Assembly (NCBI GenBank): GCA_963798485.1 | Contig: CAWCTR010000004.1 | Location: 256,001 to 320,000, forward strand | Direction of reading: 5' to 3' | DNA: 64,000 bases | DNA from: an uncultured delta proteobacterium | Lineage (GTDB): Bacteria; Desulfobacterota; Desulfomonilia; UBA1062 | Shown here: piece by piece, positions 11,641 through 21,354 of the stretch | Layout of the letters: the number at the start of each line of letters is the position of its first letter | Position numbering within the stretch: the first letter of the stretch is position 1 | The notes under the pieces: generated by a model | What the model was told of the DNA's origin: nothing | Seen by the model: the letters and a program-made list of their open reading frames with translations, nothing else | The model's database searches: none | Made by a program: the position numbers and the translations under genes

Positions 11641-12647
11641 TTTTCCCCTTGAGTGCAATCGTGGGCCAGGAAGAGATGAAGACCGGTCTGATCGTCAACG
11701 TCATAGATCCATCCATTGGCGGGCTTCTGATCATGGGCGAAAAAGGCACAGCCAAGAGCACGGCGGTTCGAGCTCTTGCCGATCTTCTACCCGAGATGCA
11801 GTCTGTGGCAGACTGCCCCTTTTCCTGCAATCCTGATGATTTTCTATGTACCCGTTGCAGGAATGCAGCCGCTACCGGGGTTGGTCTTAAACGCTCAACT
11901 AAGCGCATGCGGGTGGTCGAACTACCGCTAGGTATCACCGAAGACCGGCTGGTGGGCACGCTCGATATCGAACATGCCATCCAGAAAGGAGAAAAACGCT
12001 TCGAGCCAGGACTCCTGGCAGAGGCCAACCGCAACTTCCTCTACGTGGACGAAGTCAATCTGCTGGAAGACCATATCGTGGATCTGCTGCTGGATTCGGC
12101 TGCAATGGGAGTCAACACGGTCGAGCGCGAAGGGGTCTCATTCACCCACCCGGCACGCTTCATCCTGGTGGGCACCATGAACCCCGAGGAGGGTGACTTA
12201 CGACCACAACTTCTGGACCGCTTCGGGTTATGCGTAAATGTACACGGGTTGACTGATAAGGCCTTGCGGGTGGAAATCCTCAAGCGTAAGGCTGCTTTCG
12301 ATGCCGATCTTGAAGCTTTTGCTCAGCAGTGGGTGGATGAGCAGACCCGGCTTGCAGAGCAGATCATTCACGCCCAGCAGCGACTGAAATCCCTTCCTGT
12401 AGGCGATGAAGTTCTGGAGCATATTGTGGATATCACCACGAGCTTAAATCTTGATGGCCATCGTGCGGACATCGTAATTATGAAGACCGCTCGGGCTTTG
12501 TGTGCATTGCGTGACAAGAAGGGCATTGATGGCGAGGACATCCGTGAGGCTGCTTCACTGGCATTGGGCCACCGCCTGAAGCGGCTGCCATTTGAGGAGA
12601 TGGGCGCAGGTGATGCCAAGCTGAAGAAAGTCCTGGCAGGAATATAA
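11637..12647 (+). CDS. ChlI/BchI-type AAA+ chelatase ATPase subunit
   Basis: [48 protein letters not shown]. Confidence 0.92.
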   Translation: MIFPLSAIVGQEEMKTGLIVNVIDPSIGGLLIMGEKGTAKSTAVRALADLLPEMQSVADCPFSCNPDDFLCTRCRNAAATGVGLKRSTKRMRVVELPLGITEDRLVGTLDIEHAIQKGEKRFEPGLLAEANRNFLYVDEVNLLEDHIVDLLLDSAAMGVNTVEREGVSFTHPARFILVGTMNPEEGDLRPQLLDRFGLCVNVHGLTDKALRVEILKRKAAFDADLEAFAQQWVDEQTRLAEQIIHAQQRLKSLPVGDEVLEHIVDITTSLNLDGHRADIVIMKTARALCALRDKKGIDGEDIREAASLALGHRLKRLPFEEMGAGDAKLKKVLAGI

Positions 12648-12700
12648 CCCTATGAGGACAACGGGAACGCCCAACGTAGTGAGCGAGGATACTCAGAACA

Positions 12701-14680
12701 ATGAACTTCACTGATTTCATCGGGCATGAGGATGCCAAACTGGCCCTCATCTTGAACGCCATTGATCTAAAATGCGGCGGAGTTCTCTTCATCGGGTCCA
12801 AGGGATGCGGAAAATCCTCGCTCGCCCGACTTCTGCCCGATATTCTTGACGCAGGGGCTCCTTTTGTCGAGCTGCCGCTGAACATCACCGAGGACTCCCT
12901 CTTGGGTGGCATCGCCCTCGAACAGACTATTGTCTCCGGTCAAAAAAAGCTGCAGCCGGGCATCTTAAGCCGCGTAAACGGCGGCGTACTGCATATCGAT
13001 GACGTAAATCTGCTTAATCTGGATATCATGGCCCATATCCTGGAGGTGCATGGCCGGGGTTCACAGGTGATCGAACGCGAGGGATTATCAGAACGATGTA
13101 CCTCACGATTCATCATTGTGGCCGGTATGAACCCGGAATCGGGAGCTCTTTCGCTCCACCTGCTGGACCGCTTCGGCCTGTGCGTTCTCTGGGAAACATT
13201 GAGCGATAAAGCAGAACGTATTGCCGTCATGAAGAGCTCAACTCCGACCCTTTGGCCTGCAAATAATGCGATAAAATCCAATCAATCCTATTTCATGAGA
13301 GCTATTCCACCAACTCCATCTATGCCTATCCCTCTCCAGCAAGAGGATAGAGTAAAAGATTCCCAACTCCAGCAAGGTTATCTGACCCGAGTCATTGGTA
13401 ATGATCTGGCTGCACTCAAGGCCAGGATAGCTGTGGCACGTTCAAGGCTGGAACACATTGTAATTAACGATACGATCCGTGCCTATATCGCCGAGCTTTG
13501 CCTAAGGGCTGCCATCAGCGGCCACCGGGGCGATATCCACTTGTTGTATGCTGCTCGGGCCTATGCAGCTTGGCAGGGGCAACCAGAAGTCAGCCAAACT
13601 GATGTAGATTCGGTAGTGCACCTGGTGCTAAGCCACCGGCAGCGGCATGTGACGGAACCTGAACATGAACATTCCCACCCCTCACTTAAGGATCAGCCAA
13701 ACAACGAGAAACAGGACCAGCAAGACCGAGAAAATGCGCCGCTGGAGGTGGCATCGCCGCAGGAGACTCAGCCTGATGACGCCACCCCCCTGGATACCAG
13801 CCCGCAGGAACGCCCATCTCATCCCCGCGAAGAGGTGCATGTTACGGGTGAGGTATTCAAGACCAGGCGCCTGGTATTTCGTAAGGACTGCATCAAGCGC
13901 AACTCTTCTGGCCGCCGTACAAAGACCATGAGTAAGGATATGGGTGGCCGGTACGTGAAAAGCACACCCCGAGGCAAACAGGACGTGGCCATCGACGCCA
14001 CGCTGCGCGCAGCAGCTCTGTTTCAGAGTGTACGCGGTCGGACAGGCCGGCTTATCATTAAGGAGGAAGACCTGCGGTACAAACAGCGTGAAAAACGGAT
14101 GGGCCATCTCGTGATCTTCGTAGTGGACGGTTCCGGTTCTATGGGCGCGAGAGCACGTATGAGCGCCGCTAAGGGTGCGGTGCAATCGCTGCTGGCAGAT
14201 TGCTACCAGCGCCGAGACAAGGTGGCCATGATCGTCTTCCGGAAGGACCGGGCCGAGGTCGTCCTCTCGCCTACCGCCAGTGTGGCGCTAGCCACCCGGA
14301 GGCTCACGGAAATTCCCGTAGGTGGTAAGACCCCGCTAGCCTCAGGTCTCTTGGAGGCCTATCGGCTTATCCAACGTGTGGCTATGAAATCCCCGGAAAC
14401 GCGTTTTTTGCTCACCCTTATCACGGATGGTCGCGCCAATCACGGTCTTGGTGAGGAAGATATGGCTCGGGAACTAGCTCAGCTCACCAATTTGCTTGCT
14501 CATGCACCGTCCGCAGACAGCATCGTGATCGACACTGAGGACAAGTCCGGCCTGATGCGTATGGATCTGGCCGCCGGACTCGCCGCACAGCTCCAGGCGG
14601 ATTATTATATCATCGATAGTTTGAAAGCCGATTACCTTGCCGGAATTGTGCAGATGAAAATGTCCGGCAAGGAGCAATAA
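12701..14680 (+). CDS. ChlD/BchD-type chelatase subunit (AAA+ plus VWA domain)
   Basis: N-terminal AAA module (GSKGCGKSS, LLDRFGL), acidic/Pro linker, VWA MIDAS VVDGSGSM...GGKTPL...ITDG. Confidence 0.9.
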   Translation: MNFTDFIGHEDAKLALILNAIDLKCGGVLFIGSKGCGKSSLARLLPDILDAGAPFVELPLNITEDSLLGGIALEQTIVSGQKKLQPGILSRVNGGVLHIDDVNLLNLDIMAHILEVHGRGSQVIEREGLSERCTSRFIIVAGMNPESGALSLHLLDRFGLCVLWETLSDKAERIAVMKSSTPTLWPANNAIKSNQSYFMRAIPPTPSMPIPLQQEDRVKDSQLQQGYLTRVIGNDLAALKARIAVARSRLEHIVINDTIRAYIAELCLRAAISGHRGDIHLLYAARAYAAWQGQPEVSQTDVDSVVHLVLSHRQRHVTEPEHEHSHPSLKDQPNNEKQDQQDRENAPLEVASPQETQPDDATPLDTSPQERPSHPREEVHVTGEVFKTRRLVFRKDCIKRNSSGRRTKTMSKDMGGRYVKSTPRGKQDVAIDATLRAAALFQSVRGRTGRLIIKEEDLRYKQREKRMGHLVIFVVDGSGSMGARARMSAAKGAVQSLLADCYQRRDKVAMIVFRKDRAEVVLSPTASVALATRRLTEIPVGGKTPLASGLLEAYRLIQRVAMKSPETRFLLTLITDGRANHGLGEEDMARELAQLTNLLAHAPSADSIVIDTEDKSGLMRMDLAAGLAAQLQADYYIIDSLKADYLAGIVQMKMSGKEQ

Positions 14681-14839
14681 GACTTCGATCCTGTACCCTT
14701 ACCAGGTCGGATGCCCTGATTGTCTGTGAGCTTTCATAGATTGGTGCAACCTTAGCTGTTTTTGTGAACCAGATAAAAGTAAATATAGCCCCACAAGCTC
14801 TTAATGTATAGCTCCCGTGGGGAATTATGACCCTCATCT

Positions 14840-16168
14840 TCAAATCTTTCGATTGTAGATACGCCGGTAGTCTTTCTTGAGATTGTCTCTGAAGTTCGGG
14901 TGAGCGATCTTGATAAGAGATTTTGCCCGATCCGGAAGTGATTTGCCTCGTAAGTCTGCACTACCGTATTCAGTGACCACATAGTGAATGTCGCTCCTGG
15001 TAGTGGTTACAATGGCGCCTTCATCTATATGAGGAACGATACGTGATATTTTTCCGCCTGTTGTTGTGGAATGAAATGCCAGGATGGAGCGGCCACCTTG
15101 TGACCATGATGCTCCTCTAACGAAGTCCGCTTGCCCTCCTGTAGCACTGAACTGCTTATAACCAATGGACTCCGAGACCGCCTGGCCCGTGAGATCAACC
15201 TGAAGGGTCGAATTGATGGAAACCATATTGTCGTTCCGTGCAATGTTGGCAGGGTTGTTCGTGATGTGTACAGGGAACATATGGACCATGGGGTTGTTAT
15301 GCACGAACCGGTATAGTTTCTCGGTGCCCATGAAAAAGGTTGCCACCATCTTCCCGGGGTGAAAATTCTTCCGTGCACAAGTGATAACTCCGGCCTCCAC
15401 CAGGTCCACAACTCCATCGGAGAACATTTCAGTATGGATACCCAGGTCTTTCTTGTTCATGAGGAACCGCAGGATAGCATCCGGCATAGAGCCAATACCC
15501 AATTGCAGACAATCGCCATCCTTAATGAGTTCGGCGCAATACCTGCCAATCTTCTCATCGCTGTCGGTGATCTCGGGTGGTTGCATGATAACGGGTTTGG
15601 AGTTGCACTCCACCATGTAGTCAATCTTTGAAACATGAATAAATGAATCGCCCAGAGTCCTGGGCATATGTGGTGTCACCTCTGCAATCACCAATTTGGA
15701 GCTCTCTGCAGCAGACTTGGTATAATCGACCGAAACCCCGAAAGAGCAGTAACCGTGCTCATCCGGTGGTGAGACCATGCACATGGTTACGTCCACCGGC
15801 AGGATTCTCTCAGTGAAAAGCCTGGGGACCTGGCTGAAATGGGACACCGTGAAAATGGCTCTTCCGTCATGGATGGCCTTGCGTGTACTGGCACCCGCAA
15901 ACAGTGAGTTGTGGATGAAATGACCCTCCATTTCCGGGAGGCAGTACTCGGATACACCCATGGAATCCATGTCTACGATCTCCACTTTCTTGTAGGCATC
16001 CTTGTTGCTAACGAGGGTCTTCAGGAGCAACTCTGGTGATCCGCCTAAATGGCCCACAACTACACGGTCACCGCTTTTGACGTGACTGACGGCCTCTTCC
16101 GCGCTTACTACTCTACTCTTGTATGTCTCCCTCCAACATTTCATGGTGCGCTCCTTGTTCCCGGTCAT
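14840..16168 (-). CDS. Acetyl-CoA hydrolase/transferase family protein (4-hydroxybutyrate/butyrate CoA-transferase-like)
   Basis: LQLGIG, HTEMFSDG (catalytic Glu), TGGQADFVRGA, VVTEYGSADLRGKS; the true start may be ATG 16144. Confidence 0.9.
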   Translation of the reverse strand: MTGNKERTMKCWRETYKSRVVSAEEAVSHVKSGDRVVVGHLGGSPELLLKTLVSNKDAYKKVEIVDMDSMGVSEYCLPEMEGHFIHNSLFAGASTRKAIHDGRAIFTVSHFSQVPRLFTERILPVDVTMCMVSPPDEHGYCSFGVSVDYTKSAAESSKLVIAEVTPHMPRTLGDSFIHVSKIDYMVECNSKPVIMQPPEITDSDEKIGRYCAELIKDGDCLQLGIGSMPDAILRFLMNKKDLGIHTEMFSDGVVDLVEAGVITCARKNFHPGKMVATFFMGTEKLYRFVHNNPMVHMFPVHITNNPANIARNDNMVSINSTLQVDLTGQAVSESIGYKQFSATGGQADFVRGASWSQGGRSILAFHSTTTGGKISRIVPHIDEGAIVTTTRSDIHYVVTEYGSADLRGKSLPDRAKSLIKIAHPNFRDNLKKDYRRIYNRKI

Positions 16169-16305
16169 GTTGTGTCAGGGATCGGCGATTCGAAATGCGT
16201 CTCACTAGAATCCTTTCTTCTGTGGAGCAACATAGATCAGGTCAAACAGTTCGCTCGGAGCTCATTTGTATGTGCGATATTGCCTCTTTGCCATGTTTGA
16301 GGAGT

Positions 16306-16671
16306 CTATACATACCTTATTGCCCGTCGAATAACAATCCCTTTAGCGATCATCACCATGCCAATGAGACTCACTACGCACACAAGCACTATCAGCCAAA
16401 TCGAGGAACCCATTAACACAAAAATCCCGCATAAAAGCACGAGAATCCCGGCTAATAGATGAAGGCTATAGGATTGATGCCAAATGATCTGCTTTGTAAT
16501 ATTGTGACACGCATATGGGGTTATAAACCTCTGCCTTAGGTACCCTGCCACAGCCACATGGTCCCCATCATTCACAATAGGCTGTTCTCCTGTGGGCACA
16601 TTCACAAAGCAGTCGCCAACCTTGAATAGACCCCTCTGCGCAGCAGAGAAGATACCTTCTCGCTTTTCCAC
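16306..16671 (-). CDS. Hypothetical membrane protein (two C-terminal TM helices)
   Basis: GTG start directly after the trbB TAA; hydrophobic C-terminal half. Confidence 0.6.
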   Translation of the reverse strand: MEKREGIFSAAQRGLFKVGDCFVNVPTGEQPIVNDGDHVAVAGYLRQRFITPYACHNITKQIIWHQSYSLHLLAGILVLLCGIFVLMGSSIWLIVLVCVVSLIGMVMIAKGIVIRRAIRYV

Positions 16672-17628
16672 TTACCCCTCCAAAAATCTCAACACATAAT
16701 CATCATCCCTGCAACCTTCAACCATGGCAATGCTCTCAACTTTTCTGCTCCGACCTTCCCTCTTGATGTACACAAGGACATTTACTGTTGCAGCGATCAG
16801 GCTCCGTGGCACTCCGGGTACAACCTCCTGAACCAGTTGCTCTATCCGAATGAGTCCTTCCCTCGGACCATTCGCATGAATAGTGCATAACCCTCCTGGA
16901 TGGCCTGTGTTCCAAGCTTTCAATAGGCCCAAGGCCTCCCCTCCTCGCACCTCTCCAACAATGATACGGTCAGGCCGCAAGCGCATGGTTGCCTTGAGCA
17001 AGGAAGTGATATCCGCAGCATCACAGGTCCTCAGAGAGACACAATCCTTAACCTCGCACTGAAGTTCAAGGGTATCTTCTATGAGCACAATACGATCCTC
17101 GTATCGAGCTATCTCAGCCAGAATGGCATTGGCCAAGGTAGTCTTTCCAGAACCGGTCCCGCCGACGACCAATATGTTCTGCTTATCCTTGACCGCTTCT
17201 TTCAGGAAGTCGGCAGCTTCCCCGGTCATGATTCCCTGGCTCACATAATTATCCAGGGTGTAAACCATAAGGGCCTTTTTACGAATTGTTATAGTCGGCC
17301 TTTCCACCACCGGCGGAAGCATCCCCTGAAACCGTTCTCCTGATCCCGGAAGCTCTGCAGAGAGAATAGGGTTATCCGCATTGCATATGGTGTTCGTCTT
17401 CGAGCTGACTATTCGTATGATCCGCTCAGCATCAGCAGCGCCCATGTCCTGACCTGTATAGGACCGTCCGGTACTTAACCGGTCAACCCACAGACAACCA
17501 TCAGGATTGAGCATAATCTCGATCACATCTTTATCCTGCATAAGATCCTGAATAGTTGGGCCGAAGGAGCTCGTGAGCATGTCATAGACCCTACTGTTCA
17601 TTTGCTGTTCACGTTTCCTAAAGTCCAT
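16672..17628 (-). CDS. trbB: P-type conjugative transfer ATPase TrbB (VirB11)
   Basis: [56 protein letters not shown]. Confidence 0.95.
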   Translation of the reverse strand: MDFRKREQQMNSRVYDMLTSSFGPTIQDLMQDKDVIEIMLNPDGCLWVDRLSTGRSYTGQDMGAADAERIIRIVSSKTNTICNADNPILSAELPGSGERFQGMLPPVVERPTITIRKKALMVYTLDNYVSQGIMTGEAADFLKEAVKDKQNILVVGGTGSGKTTLANAILAEIARYEDRIVLIEDTLELQCEVKDCVSLRTCDAADITSLLKATMRLRPDRIIVGEVRGGEALGLLKAWNTGHPGGLCTIHANGPREGLIRIEQLVQEVVPGVPRSLIAATVNVLVYIKREGRSRKVESIAMVEGCRDDDYVLRFLEG

Positions 17629-17645
17629 GTGAGTAGCTCCTTTTT

Positions 17646-19472
17646 TTAAGACACAGCTTGTGGAATGATTTTTTCTTCTTCCTCTCTAGTGTCTTCTCCA
17701 GTAGGAGAGGGCTTTTCAACCTTCGGTGTAGGTTTCAAAAGGAGATCATCCCTCATTACAAACACAGGCGCTTTATCCGGATAATTCTTGTATTTGAATG
17801 TGCTTATCAGTGGATCATACGACTTGAACCTTACAATGGCTGTAAGGTCAGGGAGTTTCATGAGTTCTGCGGGCAGGAAGAGACTTTCTCTCTTTGTCCG
17901 CTCAGCCAGGGAAGTCCCATCCCGATTATCGTTCACACCCATGGACCGGGTCTTGTTCATTTCAATATATTCTGTTTCACTTAAGATATCGGTACTGACC
18001 CTTGCAGATATCGGGTCATCCACGTTGAACATGATCTTATTTCCACAGGCATTGATAATGCTCTGCCGGTGATTGACAGAATATGTCTGATCGATCTGCC
18101 CGTAGTCCTGGATGCCGATGAAGACACATCCTCCCTTGCTCCGGGCCATGGTCAGTAGCTTGACAATAGTGGGAAGTCTCTGTAGGGTACCAAACTCATC
18201 CAGGAAAAAAAAGATCCTCCTCTCTGTTGACTCAGACAGAGATAACACCTGCCTCCCGACCAAATCCACAAAGAGGGATAGAATGGGCCGGAGGGCCTCC
18301 TGAATGATCGAGTAATTTGTGATGTAGATCATTCCTTTTCCATTTTGCAGCCAGTCCTTAATTTGAAATGTGCCATCTATATCAGCCATGTATTTGAGTC
18401 CTTTTGCGTATTCCATCAAGGTACCGAAGACTCCCTGAGATTGAGTAGATCCAGGTAATTCGATATGCTTGGCTGCCCCTTTGCCATCCGGAATGCTCTG
18501 CAGTTTTTCGAGGACATATTCGGCTTCTGAAGTAACAGTATCCCAAATATGCCTGTTGGTTGTCTGGTTTTCGCTGTAAAGATAATACAGAATTCCAGCG
18601 AATACATCCCGCGCCGCATCCGGGAAGAATGTATCCATCTGAGAGATGGAATGGGGAATAAGTGATGTTGCAATAGCGTCGATATCCATGGGAGTCTCGA
18701 TCTCATTGAAAAGGTTCCATCCAACGGATCTTGCATCGAGGGGATTGAAGATGATGTCTTTTTCCTCGTCATAGAAACGTCTTAAGTAATCCCCTTTGAA
18801 GTCGTATATGATTGCCTGTGCATTCCGTTTCTTCAAGTCTTCAATGATCTGGGCTGCACAATTTGTTTTTCCAGCTCCGGGTCCTCCTATAATGAAAGTG
18901 TGTCTGGGTTCTAAAGATTTGGGCATGCGGACACTGCCAATATGCAGTCCGGGCTCATCTTTCCTTTTCTTCACTTCATAATTGAATTCTTGAATCGTAC
19001 TGAGTCTTGATCCTCGGATATGTCTCCGGTCAGACTGATACTTTGCCTTGTCATGAAAGAACATCCAGGTCGGGATATAAAAAATGTACACAGATGAACA
19101 CCAGAAGAAGATGTTACGCATGGTATGAAATATGTAGATTGAATAAGTCCGCAGGGGAGCACAGGCTGCGATTCTTTGGGCAGTGGCATATGCTATTGTG
19201 CCATTGGGGTTTATGAACTTCAATCTTGCTGTCGGCCACATGATGTATGCAAAGAGCCATTGAGAGGCTGAACGGATCGAGGCCTTATCGATTTTGTACC
19301 AGCAGGCGAGGAAGGACAGCAGTACATGGAAGCAGAAGAGTATGGTTATAATCTTGGTATGCATCTGGATGGACATGCGGACTTGGTTCCACCAGGTCTC
19401 GAACCCTTCATAGCTCTGGCTTTGTACCGGGTATTTTTTCATAACATTCCATTCCTCCTTAGCAAGGATCAA
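17646..19472 (-). CDS. Type IV coupling protein, TraD/TrwB-like
   Basis: Two N-terminal TM segments, HIRGS, Walker A GGPGAGKT, IYDFKG, IFNPLDARS.GWN, Walker B FFLDEFGTLQRL, RSKGG...GIQ. Confidence 0.88.
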   Translation of the reverse strand: MILAKEEWNVMKKYPVQSQSYEGFETWWNQVRMSIQMHTKIITILFCFHVLLSFLACWYKIDKASIRSASQWLFAYIMWPTARLKFINPNGTIAYATAQRIAACAPLRTYSIYIFHTMRNIFFWCSSVYIFYIPTWMFFHDKAKYQSDRRHIRGSRLSTIQEFNYEVKKRKDEPGLHIGSVRMPKSLEPRHTFIIGGPGAGKTNCAAQIIEDLKKRNAQAIIYDFKGDYLRRFYDEEKDIIFNPLDARSVGWNLFNEIETPMDIDAIATSLIPHSISQMDTFFPDAARDVFAGILYYLYSENQTTNRHIWDTVTSEAEYVLEKLQSIPDGKGAAKHIELPGSTQSQGVFGTLMEYAKGLKYMADIDGTFQIKDWLQNGKGMIYITNYSIIQEALRPILSLFVDLVGRQVLSLSESTERRIFFFLDEFGTLQRLPTIVKLLTMARSKGGCVFIGIQDYGQIDQTYSVNHRQSIINACGNKIMFNVDDPISARVSTDILSETEYIEMNKTRSMGVNDNRDGTSLAERTKRESLFLPAELMKLPDLTAIVRFKSYDPLISTFKYKNYPDKAPVFVMRDDLLLKPTPKVEKPSPTGEDTREEEEKIIPQAVS

Positions 19473-19996
19473 TCAGATCCGAATACAAATAGGGGTTTCT
19501 CAATCCACTTGATGTTCTCTTTCCTGATTGGTCCAAAATAGCGGCTGTCGAAGCTGTTGTTGTACGTGCTGGCAAAAAAATATTCCCCCTGCCTGAGGAT
19601 ATATTTACGGTATATTCTGGGTAAGGGGAGGCCCTGCGAATCATTTTGTTTCACCGGTCCAAAGTACTTACCGTTAATGTAGAGCCCGGCTGTAGAGACA
19701 TCAACGATATCGCCCTGTTTTGCAGCCACAGGTTTCGTGAGGTAGAACCTCAGGTGTTCAGGGAGCCATCTTCTTGATTTCATCAGGCCATAAACATTCC
19801 GGGGTATGTCAAAGGCACAGATCATCTCTCTTTCAATCCGGTCAGGATGATTAATCCAGTAAATACCCTTAGGAAGGCTCGGCGTTATCTGGAACATGAT
19901 CTTATAGCTCAAAACCTTACACGCAATCATACATCCCACTACTATCAGGAGAGCATGGATCAGTGGTCTCAGCTCGGCCTTTTTCCTCCACATCAA
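19469..19996 (-). CDS. traF: Conjugative transfer S26 peptidase/pilin cyclase TraF
   Basis: TPSLPKGIY (Ser), LTKPV (Lys), DSQG.PLP, SFDSRYFGPI. Confidence 0.9.
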   Translation of the reverse strand: MMWRKKAELRPLIHALLIVVGCMIACKVLSYKIMFQITPSLPKGIYWINHPDRIEREMICAFDIPRNVYGLMKSRRWLPEHLRFYLTKPVAAKQGDIVDVSTAGLYINGKYFGPVKQNDSQGLPLPRIYRKYILRQGEYFFASTYNNSFDSRYFGPIRKENIKWIEKPLFVFGSD

Positions 19997-20009
19997 TTAC
20001 ACTCATTAT

Positions 20010-21320
20010 TCATTGAAGCGAATACGGCCTCAGAATCATGTCCCGGTTCACCATCACATTGAACTTATAGCCCGGTCTGATCTCAATGGTTGGGGCAACA
20101 TTGAGCTCACGATCAAGGAGCTTCTGTCCTGCCTGATTAATTCCGCTCGCCGCATCTCCTGCCATCTGCTGTCTTGTAGTGGGATAGTTGCCTTCAGAGT
20201 TATTGCCACCAGCCTGACGGGCTCCAACACTTAAGAACGTGCTCAAAAGAACAGCTCCTGCAATTCTTCCATAATGATAATTAACCTGGTCATTTGCCCC
20301 GGCATACCCGGAAAGGTCGGTACCCTGCATGCCATTCAAGAGGATCGATGATCCATCCGGAAAAATCATCCTGGTCCAAACCTGCATAACTCTGTCTTGC
20401 CCCCAGGAGATCTGATTGTCGTAGGTCCCGATCAGCTTGGTTCCCTGCGGGATCAGAAGATATCTTCCGGAGACCGAATCATAGACATTCTCCCGGAGCT
20501 GGGCGATGATCTGCCCTGGCAAGTCGGAGTTTATGCCTGTGATCAGGACTGCAGGCAGCACGGTTCCGGCCATGACCTGGTAAGGGGATGCAGGCTCCTG
20601 GATCTGGTGTTCCAGGTATATTGCTTCATCGGATTTTTTTGACTCATCGAGGAAGGCCCTTTTCCTGGCCTGGTCAGTATAAGGCTCCTGGCCGCACGGG
20701 GACTGAGCCAGCATCATACCAGGAGGCATTGAAGACATGTTCGGCGTTAGAGTTAAGGCAGCTGCAGGGGAGGCCTGTTGCATTCTCGCGGGAGTGCTGG
20801 TCTCTGAGAAAAAGATCTTCGATTTCCGGGCCTCGTCAAGCGCCTGTTTCTTCGAGTCTTGTGTCCCTCCTCCCCCTTGGGTGGGCTGATTGTACGGGTC
20901 ATATGGCTGTGTTCTGCCATATCGTGGATCACCTGCATTAAAGCCGTATTGATAGGGCTGCTGATGACCTGGCTGAGCATTGTTCATGCCGGGCATGTTC
21001 GGGTCCATGTAAGAGGAAGGCTGGCCGTTCTTTGCCACATCGCCTGCCTTGCTCCCTCTCATCTGTTCTCCATATGTCTTTGGGAGTTTATCAAAAGATT
21101 CCAGGTTCACTTTATCCCGTTGCTCGGCTGCTATCTCAGGGGCCGTGGAAGGCTGAATGGTTTCGGTAGCCCCGCTCTTTTTTGGCCCGAAACCGATCCC
21201 GAACAGGACAAAAGCGAGGAAGAAAACACCGCAGAGGAGGCCTACAACCATCTTCTTGTTTAACTTGCTGATGCCTTCAGGTTTCAGTCGTATGTTCTCA
21301 AGCATGTTCTCATCCTCCAC
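20010..21320 (-). CDS. trbI: TrbI/VirB10
   Basis: AGTVLPAVLITGINSDLPGQIIAQ...NVYDS, WTRMIFPDG, PTIEIRPG. Confidence 0.93.
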   Translation of the reverse strand: MEDENMLENIRLKPEGISKLNKKMVVGLLCGVFFLAFVLFGIGFGPKKSGATETIQPSTAPEIAAEQRDKVNLESFDKLPKTYGEQMRGSKAGDVAKNGQPSSYMDPNMPGMNNAQPGHQQPYQYGFNAGDPRYGRTQPYDPYNQPTQGGGGTQDSKKQALDEARKSKIFFSETSTPARMQQASPAAALTLTPNMSSMPPGMMLAQSPCGQEPYTDQARKRAFLDESKKSDEAIYLEHQIQEPASPYQVMAGTVLPAVLITGINSDLPGQIIAQLRENVYDSVSGRYLLIPQGTKLIGTYDNQISWGQDRVMQVWTRMIFPDGSSILLNGMQGTDLSGYAGANDQVNYHYGRIAGAVLLSTFLSVGARQAGGNNSEGNYPTTRQQMAGDAASGINQAGQKLLDRELNVAPTIEIRPGYKFNVMVNRDMILRPYSLQ

Positions 21321-21354
21321 AGCATGAAAATATCAGTTCACAAAACTCTCCTGA

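Noticed and set aside
14680-16306. Second att site (tRNA-Cys 3' repeat) in the gaps flanking the CoA-transferase
   Set aside because: No match to TGGAGGCGGCAACCGG was found by eye in 14680-14840 or 16168-16306
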